Below are positions 1-13,303 of a DNA stretch of 51,774 nucleotides, one piece after another (the stretch's first letter is position 1; each line of letters begins with the position of its first letter). This DNA is from Octopus bimaculoides (Eukaryota): the NCBI RefSeq assembly GCF_001194135.2, contig NC_068983.1, forward strand, positions 85,013,240-85,065,013. Direction: 5' to 3'. The notes beneath the pieces were generated by a model. It had not been told where the DNA came from, ran no database searches, and was given only the letters and a program-made list of their open reading frames with translations. Position numbers and translations under genes: made by a program.

Positions 1-8
1 ATATATAT

Positions 9-40
<32 letters not shown>

Positions 41-137
41 GTATATATATACGTATTTATGTATGTATTTATGCATGTATGTATGCATGTATGCATGAAT
101 GCATATATGTAGGTAGGTAGGTAGGTAGGTTGGTGGG

Positions 138-800
138 TACAAGGTGCGTCAACTACTCGAAGATGAAATTTTCAAGAGCCATAAGTGGCCCAAACTTTAA
201 CTTAATACCTATTGTTTTTTTAGCCCCATCATGGATACTCCGAATCTAACGCAGGCGACGAAAAGATATGCCGTTCACGTCGCTTTAGCCACCAACTACA
301 GTGATTTTGAGTTTGCAACCTTCTTGAATGTCACCAGGTCCTTCACATTTTAAGGACCGAAAAAGAGCTCCTTGTCTCTGGCGTGAATGTGTCTGATGTG
401 ACCAAAAGGAAAAATAAAGCATTGTCGACAGCCAGACATTGTCAGAAAAGTCAAGTTGTCCAGCAAGTCCAGGGCATCATCAGTGAGAATCCCGGTAAGT
501 TAACTAGAAACATTACCAATCATCTTTCTATGTCTGAGTCGATGATTAGACGTGTGGTGAACGGAGACATCAGATGCAAATCTTATGTTATGGGTAGTTC
601 ATGTCAGATAAGACCCTAGAGAACCTTGTGATCTAGCCGAAGCGCTTGCTGAACAAACTGAAGCATCCCAGGGGCCCGACATGCGCTGGTTCTTCTCAGA
701 TGAGGTAAACTTAGTCCAAGAGCGAAAAGTGAACAGAAAGAATGACAGATGGTTCTGCACCAGCCCACCTGAAGTTCCCATTGTTATGCATAACAAGATT
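138..800 (+). mobile_element. Degenerate Tc1/mariner-superfamily transposase fragment, maT (DD37D)-like, 3'-truncated
   Basis: Broken frames read HLSMSESMIRRVVNGDIRCKSYVM, then RLLNKLKHPRGPDMRWFFSDEVNLVQERKVNRKNDRWFC-PPEVPIVMHNK. The WFFSDE...NR.NDRW block resembles the first catalytic Asp region of maT-type transposases. TA+CAAGGTG at ~138 may be the left end. Confidence 0.6.
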
Positions 801-1092
801 CCATAAGATCTTTTTAGAAAATTCTACCTAAGCTACTCCTGAAGAAGCTGCACCATTAAAAATTTAAGTTTAATAACTTTACATTAATCTGTGTCAGCTG
901 TTATAGTTTATTGGGTTATAATAACGTGTTGTTCTGAGTAAATCGGTTCACTATCTGTAAATTAATAGAAGTTATTAACATTTAACACACACACACTCAC
1001 ACACAAACATTTCGACAAACAGACAGATACAGATACAAACATCCATCTTTCTATACTTATGTGCATGAATACATACAGAGTTTGCGTATCAA

Positions 1093-1320
1093 AGTGGTTA
1101 GGGTGTTGCATTGACGATCGTGAGATCGAGGATTTGATTCCCAGATCGAGCGGTGTGTTGTGTTCTTGAGCAAAACTCATCATCTCATGATGCTTTGAAA
1201 TCACTTCGTCACATTGTGCACCTGTTCAAGCAATGTTGGTTTGATGAAAGGAGTGAGCTAGTAAGCAGCACAAATATTTTATCACTATAAACATCATCTG
1301 TGCAAGTTATTCTGCGAATA
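1093..1320 (+). mobile_element. tRNA-derived SINE (family C, degenerate)
   Basis: A-box-like gtggttagggtg, B-box-like gatttgattccc, then gtgtgttgtgttcttgagcaaaac, shared with the copy at 35240-35580. Confidence 0.55.
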
Positions 1321-1571
1321 TCAATATATGTATACTTTTATATACATATGCATGTATATAAATAAGTATACGTCTTCTACCGTTAAGAATTTCACAATAT
1401 ATGTGACATCTGTTGACTATGAAAACAATATATTTGACATACTGTCAATACACAAAATTGCGCACTTAGTTTTTTTTTAGACAAACAACTACATGCGTAC
1501 ATACATACATCCACACATACATACAAGTATGCATACATACATACATACATACATACATACGTACGTACGTA

Positions 1572-1954
1572 CTCAAACCGTTATAGGCTCATGTGTTCTA
1601 TTGATGTGAATGTCTTCAAAAGCATAGTGGATAACTATGGACAACTGCTCCGAAACTTTCAGATTCTATACCCAAATTATTAATTTATATTTATACTAAT
1701 AATAATTGGTGCACTTGGTTTTGTGAGTAAATGCCTAAGTGACAATCCTGATGAGCTTGAGTTTTCAGAGAAAGTAATCAGTCAGCTAAAGCGCACATTA
1801 CAAATACATTCTATAAACGGAAAGTAAAAATATGCAAAGCTTTTCTCAAGTTTAAAACGTGAATTTGTTTTTGTTATCTACATTTCAGCGATGGAGCTTT
1901 GTATCTTTGTTAGAAACTAGCTTCTTCCTTCAAATAATTTAAAACAGAAGAGAA
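1572..1954 (+). mobile_element. 5'-truncated R4/Dong-like RLE non-LTR retrotransposon, 3' end
   Basis: Reads CSIDVNVFKSIVDNYGQLLRNFQILYPNY*FIFILIIIGALGFVSKCL...ICKAFLKFKT*, homologous to the minus-strand copy at 2064-3296, including the 3'UTR (gatggagc.ttgtatctttgtt.gaaac). Flanked by (CATA)n on both sides. Confidence 0.75.
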
Positions 1955-2063
1955 CATACATACATACATACATACATACATACATACATACATACATACA
2001 TACATACATACATGCGTACGAGCATACGTTTACATACTTACGTATTTACGTATGTAAGTATGT

Positions 2064-3296
2064 CACTTCTATTTTTTTAATTATTATAAATTTTCCACTG
2101 AGGAGGGAGCTGGTTTCCAACAAAGATACAAGGCTCCATCTTTGGGATGTAGTTAACACAAACAATTTCACATTCGGAACTTGAGAAAAGTCTTGCATAT
2201 TTTTACTGTTCCACTCACAGATTGCATTTGTAATATACGAATCAGTCAGTCAATTTCTCTTTCTGAAAATCTGTTTATCCAGATTCTCGTTTAAGCATTT
2301 ACTAACAAAACCTAGTGCTCCAATTATTATTGGTATGAATATAAATTCATAGTCTGGATATAGAAGCTGGAGGTTTCGAAGCAGTTGTCCATAGATATCT
2401 TTTTCTTTGATTTTCAAAGAGATATTTATATCTGCAGAGCAACTGACCTCTATGAGGGTACTTACTTTTGTCCCTCTGTCCCAAACAACAATATCCAGCC
2501 TGTTATGTTTACATTTGACAGAAGTTTTGATGGGAATATTCCACCAGTATTCCTTGAGTTGGTGTTTGTGAATGTATTCCATAACAGAGCTATTCTCTAA
2601 ATTTATTTCAGGACAGTCCTTTTTGCAGATGGCATTGTAAATTGTTATAGCAACAACATCGTGCCGCATAGGGAGGTAATGCTGTGACGACAATTTAGGA
2701 CAACTGCTAATCACATGCGTAATGTCTTCCACAGAAACATGACGCAGCCTACACAGGCGGTTGCACCTTAGGATTACAAGAGCATCACTGTCTCTCTTGT
2801 TCACCAAGAACTTTATGGCAATCTCCTGTTTCTGGATTGCAATCGCATAGCTTTCAAAGTGTGATGTGATGTAGTGGTCTTGTGTCCACGATAGGCTGCG
2901 ATTCGTGTCATTCCTACTGTCTTCTTCCAGCTTCTGGTCCTCATACCCATAGATGGTCCTTTTTTGTATCCTGAGTGCTTTCCATCCAGATCTTCTATGA
3001 GGTAAGAGAGCCCAGCTGTTTTGCGGCTGTATAGAAGATCATCAGGTAGAGAGTGTTTCTTGAGGAGTTCACTGACAACTCGTACAATGTCGCTTACTTC
3101 ACTTTTCAGCACAGCATTATATATTGTTTAGCAGGTGCTGCTTGAGTGATACCATACAGCATTCGAAGGCCGTCTGCACTGATCTCAGGCCTCTACCACC
3201 TTCATTTCTTCTTAGATAGAGCCTGTCATCATCACTGCTTCTGTGGAAGTTCCCAGTTGTTGTCAGGATTTTGCGGGTTTTGATATCTACGAAGAA
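2064..3296 (-). mobile_element. 5'-truncated R4/Dong-like RLE non-LTR retrotransposon (RT C-terminus, CCHC knuckle, PD-(D/E)xK endonuclease)
   Basis: LYLRRNEGGRGL post-RT motif; CRLCRLRHVSVEDITHVISSC...RHD zinc knuckle; NRLDIVVWD...LIEVSC endonuclease; IPIIIGALG terminus. Frameshifted, so non-functional. Confidence 0.85.
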
Positions 3297-3825
3297 ATGT
3301 ATGTATGTATGTATGTATGTATGTATGTATGTATGTATGTATGTATGTATGTATGTATGTATACGTATACGTATATTAATATGTATGTGTGTCACATGTG
3401 TGCATGCATGTATCTATAAAAACATTTCCAAGTGTACGCTAAGATAGAAACAAAACAGCCATCGTTGGTGAGCCACTGAAATCGAATCATTTGTCTGTCT
3501 TTCTCCGGGCGTTCTTACTACTGATGACGCCAAATGGACTTTGAAGAATAGTAACTATCACGATAAAATCTGCAAATGGTTCCTTTTCTTCCTTTTTTTC
3601 TTTAATAGATAACCTTAAAAATCTAGTGTCTGTTTCTTATATAACACGAAGATGGCGGACAATGTTATCGCTCTTTAGCAACCGACGAATAAGCCACTGC
3701 AACGAACGTTTTACACAAACGTGTACAACACACTGATATACTCACATGCTCACAACTCGGAAAATAAATGATAGTTAGCTATGGCGTGAATAGTATAGAT
3801 TTCTTAAGGTATAACGCACGCACGC

Positions 3826-3866
<41 letters not shown>

Positions 3867-3902
3867 CACACACACACACACACTCACACACACACACACA
3901 TT

Positions 3903-4140
3903 AAGTGGTGGTGTTCCATCACCATGGGAATCAAACTCTTCGAAGCCTCCAGAAACGAAAAGGAAGAAATCAAACGACAGAGGAGAAAGGCTCGACGAAA
4001 CCAACCTCGAACTCCACCAACATTGCCATGCAGCCAATGCCATCGACTCTTCTATGCAAGAATTGGTCTACAGAGTCATCAACAGTATCACCAAAAAGGA
4101 AGCGTTCGGCAAAAAAGAAAATAAATTCTCGGATACGAGA
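3903..4140 (+). mobile_element. RTE-clade LINE 3' terminal fragment
   Basis: WWCSITMGIKLFEASRNEKEEIKRQRRKARR...LPCSQCHRLFYARIGLQSHQQYH matches the RTE/BovB-type C-terminal W..G...FE..R....KR..RK...C..C.R.F.ARIGL.SH pattern. The rest of ORF 3768-4124 is (CA)n. Confidence 0.8.
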
Positions 4141-4867
4141 TAACGTCGTACATACATATATACACACACGCACGCACGCACATACATGGTGTTCTGTTCC
4201 GTTATTGGTGGGATCAACAAAAAACATACTCCATTCAGTAAGAGATAAATATCATTTGATATATACTCGATTTAAATGCGATTTAGCATAAGTTTTTTTA
4301 CTTCTGATGATACGATAGCCTGGCGAGCTTGAATAGTGTGCCGTGTATTATTGGGCAATCTTTCAGGCTAAGAGAAGTAACTCAAAATTTCCATATAGCA
4401 TGAATTTGGACAACAAAGGTAAGTTATAGTACGTACTATACTAGGTAAATTCCTGATTCAGTGAAATAATCTTCGCTTCCAGAGAAGATAGGTTTTGTGA
4501 CAACTGCAATCAGTTCCAGATAAAAAGATGTGATAATCTTAAGTGTAAAGGATACTCAGGAACTGCCATGCCTTCAAAGCAAGCATTTATATTTCTGGAT
4601 AGAAGGAAACAGCTGTACATGTGTATTTCGGTGTTTCTACTCCAACATACATCATCAGTACAGCAGTTGTTCTACTTCGTTTTCCACTAGACGTAAATCT
4701 TAAACATATAGCAAACTTTTATGGCCTAGGGTAATTTACATAATTGAAACAAAAATGAGCTACTAGAAATAACAGAAACTGGACATTGGCATGAATTTGA
4801 AAAGCAAATATGAATAAGGGTATACTAAACACCATATATGTATGTGTTTGTGTGTTTGTGTGTGTGT

Positions 4868-4942
<75 letters not shown>

Positions 4943-5731
4943 CATTTGACAAGTGACCAAGTGATCTGATCTAAGATCGCGTTCTCAAACTGAACCAATC
5001 GTTAAGAACCATTTCAGCCACACAAGAACACATGGAGATCGCTAAGATGTATTACCGTTCAAGAACTAAAGTCGAATTAATGGACTATATGCAGTCACTG
5101 TCCACAAATTTTTAAGTCAACGTTTGAAATTCAAATAAGAAAGATATATTCTGTTTTGACGTTTTTCAACGAATGCGTTCAAATATTTAAAATGTACGTA
5201 TCTATGCATTGATCATACCCAGTCTATTTTGATTATCGTCTGTTGAAGATGTTAGTAAGCTCACAATTTGCTAACTCTTTTGCATAATAGTAATAGTTTA
5301 ATATATGTTAAAATATCTCTTTGAAATTAAACAACTATCCCAAAACTTTATTTTTATGTTTCATTTATGTATCAACTTTCGATGGGATTAATACTGTTAG
5401 ATGTAGGTAGGGTTTAAGCGCAAAGCTCTCAGTTGCTTCAGAACTTTACTTCTCGTACTCTAGGTACAGATTTACGTATACACATAACGTATTGTTGACA
5501 CATTTGTAATATATTAAGAATTGTTTAAGCAACAACTACTAAAAGGAAGTTTAGAGAAGCTAAAAACAAATTATAAACACTTAATCAATAATCTTGAAAG
5601 TTAACCTGTCAGTATATAGGATATAAGATATTTCTTATGATACGTATGCGATTTCAGCAAATGATATCTAAATTTTCATGGTTAAATTTTCTTTCGTATT
5701 CGTAGCCAACTCCATTACTGATACCTATTTA

Positions 5732-5789
<58 letters not shown>

Positions 5790-5869
5790 ACATACATACA
5801 AACATACATACATAAATAAGAAATAGTGGAAAGTAATACTACTGTATTGTAATAACATTTATAATTTTT

Positions 5870-5926
<57 letters not shown>

Positions 5927-7083
5927 CACACATACAGAGAAAAGGAGAGATATACGTACATACATACATGCATTGATACATACATACATACATACATGCA
6001 TACATACATACATACATACATACATACATACATACATACATACATGCATACATACATACATACATACATGCATACTTTAAACATTTCGTAATGTTTCGAA
6101 ACATCGAGTGACATATATACGTAAACGCATAATTGAAATCCACATCGTTACAGAATTGCAAATATGTCATTGTGGAAAGAATTAAACTGAGATCTTCTGA
6201 CATCACTCTGGTAAACACCTCAACATATGAAGGCTGGATCCGGTGGGATTAGCAGGAGAAGCCTTCGTATTTCAATGGAAGGGAAGGCGGCTGCTACAAC
6301 GCATCGTGGCATGCAGAGAGCAAGATGAAGCAAATAAGACAACTTGACCATCCGCTGCATCCGTCCCCAGTTCCTGTCGCCTTGAAGCTAGTCTTGCCAC
6401 TGGATTGAAGATGGTCACAGAGGAGAGAGTGATGACGTCGGTGTGCAACTCTTCTTCATTTTGAACAAAGCCGACGCACAAGTTATCCGTCATCTTAAAG
6501 CATGACTGGGTAGTCGTCGTCGCTCCGACGGATGAACACGAATCCATCGTTATGTTATTACAGCTTCCAGTTCAAAAGCCTTTCGTAATGATTGCCAATA
6601 AATCACAGCATTACTGATTAAATCAAACAGCCCTATTCTTACTTGTTGCTCAATTGATCTGTTTCCTTATTCATGGAAAACTGAAAGTTTCTCTGACAAG
6701 ACCTTCAAAAATATGGTAACAGCGCAGGTATAGTGACTGCCGAAAACGTTTACCAAAATTATATACACAGTAGATTTCCTGTTGAGGTTGTCTTCTTTTA
6801 TATCATTTGATGCTTACATATGTTTTAGTAATTATTATATATTTATTCATTTGTTACCCTATTTTTTTTTCATGATTAATCATTCATTATCACCGACAAT
6901 GATATCTCCTTCCGAGCAAAGCAAGAGTAGAAACTCACATGTGTGTATGTGCGTGTCTATAAGCATATACATATATAGGCTGCGGATGAACGTTTCCTAC
7001 GCGCACANNNNNNNNNNNNNNNNNNNNNNNNNNNNNNNNNNNNNNNNNNNNNNNNNNNNNNNNNNNNNNNNNNNNNNNNNNNN

Positions 7084-7123
<40 letters not shown>

Positions 7124-7130
7124 TCATGCT

Positions 7131-7572
7131 AGGCGCAGGCGTGACTGTGTGGTAAGATGTTTGCTTCTCAACCACATGGTTTTGGGTTCAGTCCCACAGC
7201 ATGGCACTTTGACCAAGTGTCTTCTGCTGTAGCCTCGGACTGACCGAAGACATGGTGAACGGAAACTTAAAGAAGCTCATCGCATGTGTGTGTATGTGTG
7301 TGAGTGTGTGTGTATTTGTGTATGTGTGTGTGTGTGTGCGCGCGTTTATCCATGCGTCTGTGTTTGTGTTTGACGACCCACCAGCGCTTGACAACCGGTG
7401 TTGATTTGTTTACGCCCCCTGTAACTTAGCGGTTCGGTAAAAAGTATATGATAAAATAAGCAGCAGAGGTTATGAAAAAAGTCCTGGGGTAAATTTGTTC
7501 GATTGAACCCGTCAAGGCGGAACTCCAGCATGGCTGCGGTCTAATAACAGAAACAAGTAAAAGATAAAAGAT
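7131..7572 (+). mobile_element. tRNA-derived SINE family A with internal (TG)n
   Basis: Head gtgtggtaag...gggttcagtccca (A/B boxes), middle aagtgtcttct.c.tagcctcgg, microsatellite slot, 3' part cgcttgacaaccg.tgttg...gtaacttagcggttcgg...ccagcatggc.gc.gtc...gaaacaagtaaaaga. Recurs about 8 times in the window. Confidence 0.8.
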
Positions 7573-9849
7573 TATGTATGTATGTATGTATGTATGTATG
7601 TATGTATGTATAGATGGATAGATGGATGGATGGATGGATGGATGGATGGATGGATGGATGGATGGATGGATGCGTGTGTGTGTAAATAGATATAGTGTTT
7701 TATTGAAGCTGNNNNNNNNNNNNNNNNNNNNNNNNNNNNNNNNNNNNNNNNNNNNNNNNNNNNNNNNNNNNNNNNNNNNNNNNNNNNNNNNNNNNNNNNN
7801 NNNNNNNNNNNNNNNNNNNNNNNNNNNNNNNNNNNNNNNNNNNNNNNNNNNNNNNNNNNNNNNNNNNNNNNNNNNNNNNNNNNNNNNNNNNNNNNNNNNN
7901 NNNNNNNNNNNNNNNNNNNNNNNNNNNNNNNNNNNNNNNNNNNNNNNNNNNNNNNNNNNNNNNNNNNNNNNNGTTTATTTTCATTTATACTTTTGCTTTT
8001 ATCGGCTTCGACAAGGGAGGACAGGGCCCAGCCATCACAGTTTACAGTGCTTCCGATATTGGTGGAAATTAGAAAGTTACCTTCGGACCAGCAACCTATC
8101 CTAAACGTTGGTATTAGAGTGAAATCCGCTAAACGTACCTCACAGTCAGGTAAAGTACTTCATTGTGAAGCCTTGTAGAGTATCGGCAGGTGATGGGGCT
8201 GAAATATTCGGTGCAACTTTAGCGTACGGTCTACTTGGCCATTTACACTTCAGCGTACGATCTACCTGCACAGTGTGTAGTCTACCACAGCTACAAGAAC
8301 TTTATACTGCAGGATGACAAAAAAATAGTTGAATAATGTTGAATAATGATTTATAATTAATGACATACACTTAGTCATACAAATCATAATTCTCAAAATG
8401 TTAAATAATACATTTAAAAAAGGTAAGCACGGGTGATAAATTCACACCATGAAAGATCACAAAACCAGCTGTGATCTCAGTGGAGAGATCACAGCATTTC
8501 AGTGTAAACCTCGGATACTGAGGAAGACTGCACGCTTAAGTAGCACCGTTTGTGGCCTTAACTAAAATGAGGACCTACTTTCGCCGAGTGACAGTCATTA
8601 ACTTGGAGCGATTGAGTGAATGCTCATCATGTTTGGAGATAGTGTAGGACAGTGATAGTGGTGGTTTCTTAATAATAGTAGTGCTTGAGTTATTCTTTCT
8701 TTCTATCTGTCTTTCTTTCTTTTCTTTTCTGTTGTTAATAGAGACAAGAATAAAACAGCCCGACTGGATGATGCATTCAAAATAAAGTGTACAGAATCAA
8801 TTCATGCTTGATGTGTTGTGCCTCGGGTGCATCTGGAAAACGCATTGTTAAGGAGGAAGAGTCTTGTTGGATATGGCGCAACTAGATTAGTGTGATATAT
8901 AGAAAGAACAGAATGGGAAACAGGACTGGACTCTGGGAACACCAAAGTTTACTGAAAGATGGAGAGAAAGAGCTCAGTCAAAAACATGCTACAATGTGTG
9001 TCCGTGTATGTCTATGTGTATGGTGTAGGTTTGTGTACGCATGTATATGCGCTTTGGAATATGTCAGCGTCTATGGTTAACTGAAATGCATCAATATTAA
9101 CAAATGTCTTACACTCAAACTTTCACGCGGCCTATTGCATCTATGAAGCCTATACTGTCCCCACCTCAACATATACAAACATATACATATATATACATGC
9201 ATATATATANNNNNNNNNNNNNNNNNNNNNNNNNNNNNNNNNNNNNNNNNNNNNNNNNNNNNNNNNNNNNNNNNNNNNNNNNNNNNNNNNNNNNNNNNNN
9301 NNNNNNNNNNNNNNNNNNNNNNNNNNNNNNNNNNNNNNNNNNNNNNNNNNNNNNNNNNNNNNNNNNNNNNNNNNNNNNNNNNNNNNNNNNNNNNNNNNNN
9401 NNNNNNNNNNNNNNNNNNNNNNNNNNNNNNNNNNNNNNNNNNNNNNNNNNNNNNNNNNNNNNNNNNNNNNNNNNNNNNNNNNNNNNNNNGGGGGATAATT
9501 ACAATCCTAGCTATCGCTGCATTAGCACATCATGCAGGATTATGGCCAGCGTAGTATTCCAAAATGAAAAGGTGATCTGTATACACACATACATACACAC
9601 ATACATACATACATACATACATGCACACAAATACAAAATAAAATTTGCAAGGTGAATTTTTTTTGTGATGTCAGTTTTATTATTCATATTCTGATGCGGA
9701 AATCGAGTAAAGGATGCTCTGTTTATTCAAAACATCAGTTTCTAAGAGTTTTATTTTCTTTTTCGTTTTGCAATTTTCAAATAGTTACTATCCTTGTGAG
9801 TGCTTCCTGTATGTATGTATGTATGTATATAATATGCGTGTGTATGTGT

Positions 9850-10008
9850 GTGTGTGTATGTGTGTACTGTATAGTCATGAAAACAGCAGAAAGATTGGAT
9901 ATTTTACCCTTATTAGACAGAAAAAGTTATCAGCAGACAGCCACGGAACTTGAACCCGCACCATTCAGTTACCGGGTGAGTACTCTACCATTAAACTAAA
10001 CGCCCCGC
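9850..10008 (-). mobile_element. tRNA-like SINE head (not a functional tRNA)
   Basis: Minus strand ggcgtttagtttaatggtagag...gcgggttcaagttccgtgg has A and B boxes, but the acceptor and anticodon stems do not pair. Confidence 0.5.
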
Positions 10009-10010
10009 TG

Positions 10011-10050
<40 letters not shown>

Positions 10051-10065
10051 CATAGATATAAATTT

Positions 10066-10114
<49 letters not shown>

Positions 10115-10811
10115 CATNNNNNNNNNNNNNNNNNNNNNNNNNNNNNNNNNNNNNNNNNNNNNNNNNNNNNNNNNNNNNNNNNNNNNNNNNNNNNNNNNNN
10201 NNNNNNNNNNNNNNNNNNNNNNNNNNNNNNNNNNNNNNNNNNNNNNNNNNNNNNNNNNNNNNNNNNNNNNNNNNNNNNNNNNNNNNNNNNNNNNNNNNNN
10301 NNNNNNNNNNNNNNNNNNNNNNNNNNNNNNNNNNNNNNNNNNNNNNNNNNNNNNNNNNNNNNNNNNNNNNNNNNNNNNNNNNNNNNNNNNNNNNNNNNNN
10401 NNNNNNNNNNNNNNNNNNNNNNNNNNNNNNNNNNNNNNNNNNNNNNNNNNNNNNNNNNNNNNNNNNNNNNNNNNNNNNNNNNNNNNNNNNNNNNNNNNNN
10501 NNNNNNNNNNNNNNNNNNNNNNNNNNNNNNNNNNNNNNNNNNNNNNNNNNNNNNNNNNNNNNNNNNNNNNNNNNNNNNNNNNNNNNNNNNNNNNNNNNNN
10601 NNNNNNNNNNNNNNNNNNNNNNNNNNNNNNNNNNNNNNNNNNNNNNNNNNNNNNNNNNNNNNNNNNNNNNNNNNNNNNNNNNNNNNNNNNNNNNNNNNNN
10701 NNNNNNNNNNNNNNNNNNNNNNNNNNNNNNNNNNNNNNNNNNNNNNNNNNNNNNNNNNNNNNNNNNNNNNNNNNNNNNNNNNNNNNNNNNNNNNNNNNNN
10801 NNNNNNNNNNN

Positions 10812-10900
10812 AGAACAAGAGGGGTAAGGCGAGATACGTAGTAGTACAGAGGAAGAACAAGAGGGGTAAGGCGAGATACGTAGTAGTACAGAGGAAGAAC
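10812..10900. repeat. 42-bp tandem repeat (2.1 copies) at a gap edge
   Basis: agaacaagaggggtaaggcgagatacgtagtagtacagagga is repeated exactly at 10812-10853 and 10854-10895. Confidence 0.9.
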
Positions 10901-11697
10901 GAGGGGGGGGGGAGAAAGGAAAGAGAAAGAGATAGAGTAGCGTCGGAGGATAAGTTTACGAAAACTACTTACAATTTTTGTGAGACGCTGCGTTCAATCA
11001 TGTAAAAACAAAAGTAAATGAGTATATGCATATATACGTACAGGTATGTGCATACCGACATCCACCTGTATGTATAGGTGCATATATAGCTTAATAGAGA
11101 GAGAGAGAGATTGACAGGCTCAGATAGATAGGTAGATAGATAGATCGATAGATAGATAGATAGATAGATAGATAGACAGATAGGTAGATAGATAGATAGA
11201 TCTGTCAACGTTTCTTTGGTCCATTTATTTGTTCCAGCCAGCACGACTAACATCATGCTGATACACCTCCTGGTTCTCACCCTACCAGCATTTTTTTGTT
11301 TTTGTTTTTTTTTTCTCCTAATAGTTTACGCAGAATAGTGATGGCATTCCTTAAGGTGAAAGGATGAGAGGTAATTTTTTTTTTTTCTGAATCAGGAAAC
11401 CTAGTCTAAATACAACGAACTAATTAAATAAATCCTGGAACATTTATTCAACATTGATTTTTTGTGTGTGTACGTGTCTGTAAGTGTTCAGGTGAGTGCG
11501 TGTGTGCATATGTGTGTATATGTGTGTACTAATGTTTGTTTTCATGCACAATATTCTCTCCGTCTCTCTCTCCCCTCTCTTTATACATACATATGTACAC
11601 ACGCGCGCACACACAGACACATATACAAACACAAACACTTACACGCGCGCACACATATATACGTACATATCTGTACATATTTATGTGTGTGTGTGTT

Positions 11698-11738
<41 letters not shown>

Positions 11739-11745
11739 GTGTGTT

Positions 11746-11966
11746 TACGAGGGGGAGCTGAAAAGTTCCTGGTTTTCGGTAAGAGAAAATACCGGAGGAT
11801 CAGTTAATTATGATTTTATTCAACGTATTCCCATCTCAGATTTACACACTTATTGCAGCAGTCCTTCAGTTTTTCTAAACCCTGTAAAAGAACTCAGAGG
11901 GTTAGGCCTCCAGCCAGGCCTTTCATGATACCCTTAAAGCAAGGAGCTTTTCAGCATCCACTTGTA
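11746..11966. mobile_element. mariner-derived MITE (~220 bp)
   Basis: Terminal inverted repeats ta|cgagggggagctgaaaagttcct ... aggagcttttcagcatccacttg|ta with TA flanks. A homologous copy lies at 32239-32453. Confidence 0.75.
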
Positions 11967-12106
11967 CATATGTATGTATGTACGTATGTATGTATGTATG
12001 TATGTATGTATGTATGTATGTATGTATTACAAAATTACAAAATCAAATGTTGAAAGACGCATCACTCAATACATTTCAATAGAGTAACGCATACATTTTA
12101 ACTTTA

Positions 12107-12258
12107 GAAGGCGCAGTTGGGTGAGCTAGTTTGCTTTGTAACAACGTGGTTTCGAATCCAGTCCCACTCCATGACACCTTGATAAAGTACCTTCTTGTGC
12201 AATCCCGGACTGGCCAATGCCTTGTGAGTGAATTTGGCAGACGGGACCTGTGTGGGAG

Positions 12259-12327
<69 letters not shown>

Positions 12328-12650
12328 TTGTCTGTTTGTTTGTCTGTCTGTCTGTGCGTGCGTGTGTGTGTGTATGTACAGATGTGTATATGTATGTATA
12401 CCTCAGTGTGTGTATGTGTGTATTTGTATTTGTATCCCTCACCGCTTGATATCTGATCTTGATTTCTTTATGTGACCGTAAACTAGCGGTTCAGCATAAG
12501 TGACCGATAGAATAAGTGACCATAGTTAATAAGAAGTACCAAATTTAAAAGCAAAATACTGACGTCGATTTGTTTAATAAAACACCTTTCAAAGTGGTGC
12601 TCCAGCATGACCGCAGTCCAATGACTAAAACAAGTAAAAGAATTGAAAGA
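12107..12650 (+). mobile_element. SINE family A with internal (TATC)n/(TG)n
   Basis: Same head (ggtttcgaatccagtcccactccatgacaccttg) and 3' part (ccgcttga...gtaaactagcggttcag...ccagcatgaccgcagtccaatgactaaaacaagtaaaaga) as 7131-7572. Confidence 0.75.
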
Positions 12651-12914
12651 ATAAAAGTTTGATAGTTACTTCGAAACTTCCACTTAGTCATCTGCATCAG
12701 AATTTCGAAGAAACTGTCAATTCTTTTCCTTACAAATTCATATACACCATGCATACACGTACGTGTGTGTATGCGTTTGAAGTTATTAAGGAAAACTGAA
12801 ATAATTTGGTAGTACATGCTCTGTATGTAATCAAGTGGGATTTGAACTCCTGAGCCATGAAATAGTGTATTAGCCCTCACATCAACATAGAGATTCGATA
12901 TTTTAAATGTCTTT

Positions 12915-13070
12915 TAACATCTAGCATGATTGTGTGGCAAGAAGTTTGTTTCCCAACCACACGGTTCTGGGTTCAGGCCCACATTGCGTCGTCTTGAGCA
13001 AGTTTCTTCTATCATACCCTTCCTGCGAGTGGATTTGGTAGATGGAAATTGAAATAAGTCTGTCGTGTAT
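12915..13070 (-). mobile_element. SINE family A head
   Basis: Reverse complement of the family A head (gcatgattgtgtggcaagaagtttgtttcccaaccacacggttctgggttcaggccc is read on + as the head start; orientation of this partial copy is uncertain). Followed by (GATG)n. Confidence 0.55.
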
Positions 13071-13269
13071 ATGTATGCATGTATGTAGGTATGTATGGAT
13101 GGATGGATGGATGGATGGATGGATGGATGGATGGATGGATGCATGTATGTATGTCGATATATAAATAGATAAACAGACAAAGATATAGCTGGTTTATGGA
13201 GTTACTCTGGGTAATATAACTATCTATCTATCTATCTATCTTTCTATCTTTCTATCTATCTATCAATCA

Positions 13270-13303
<34 letters not shown>

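Noticed and set aside
1740-1780. CTGATGAG...GAAA hammerhead-like words
   Set aside because: No stem II or stem III, and the words lie within the RLE LINE coding remnant.
3514-3555. ttacta-CTGATGA...tagtaa hammerhead-like motif
   Set aside because: Stem I-like pairing exists, but GAAA, stem III and the cleavage triplet are missing.
8468-8495. Perfect 11-bp hairpin gctgtgatctc/gagatcacagc
   Set aside because: Isolated, with no ribozyme core, Helitron CTAG end or TIR context; function is unsupported.
9936-10008. Possible tRNA gene on the minus strand
   Set aside because: A and B boxes are present but the acceptor and anticodon stems cannot pair; treated as a SINE head.
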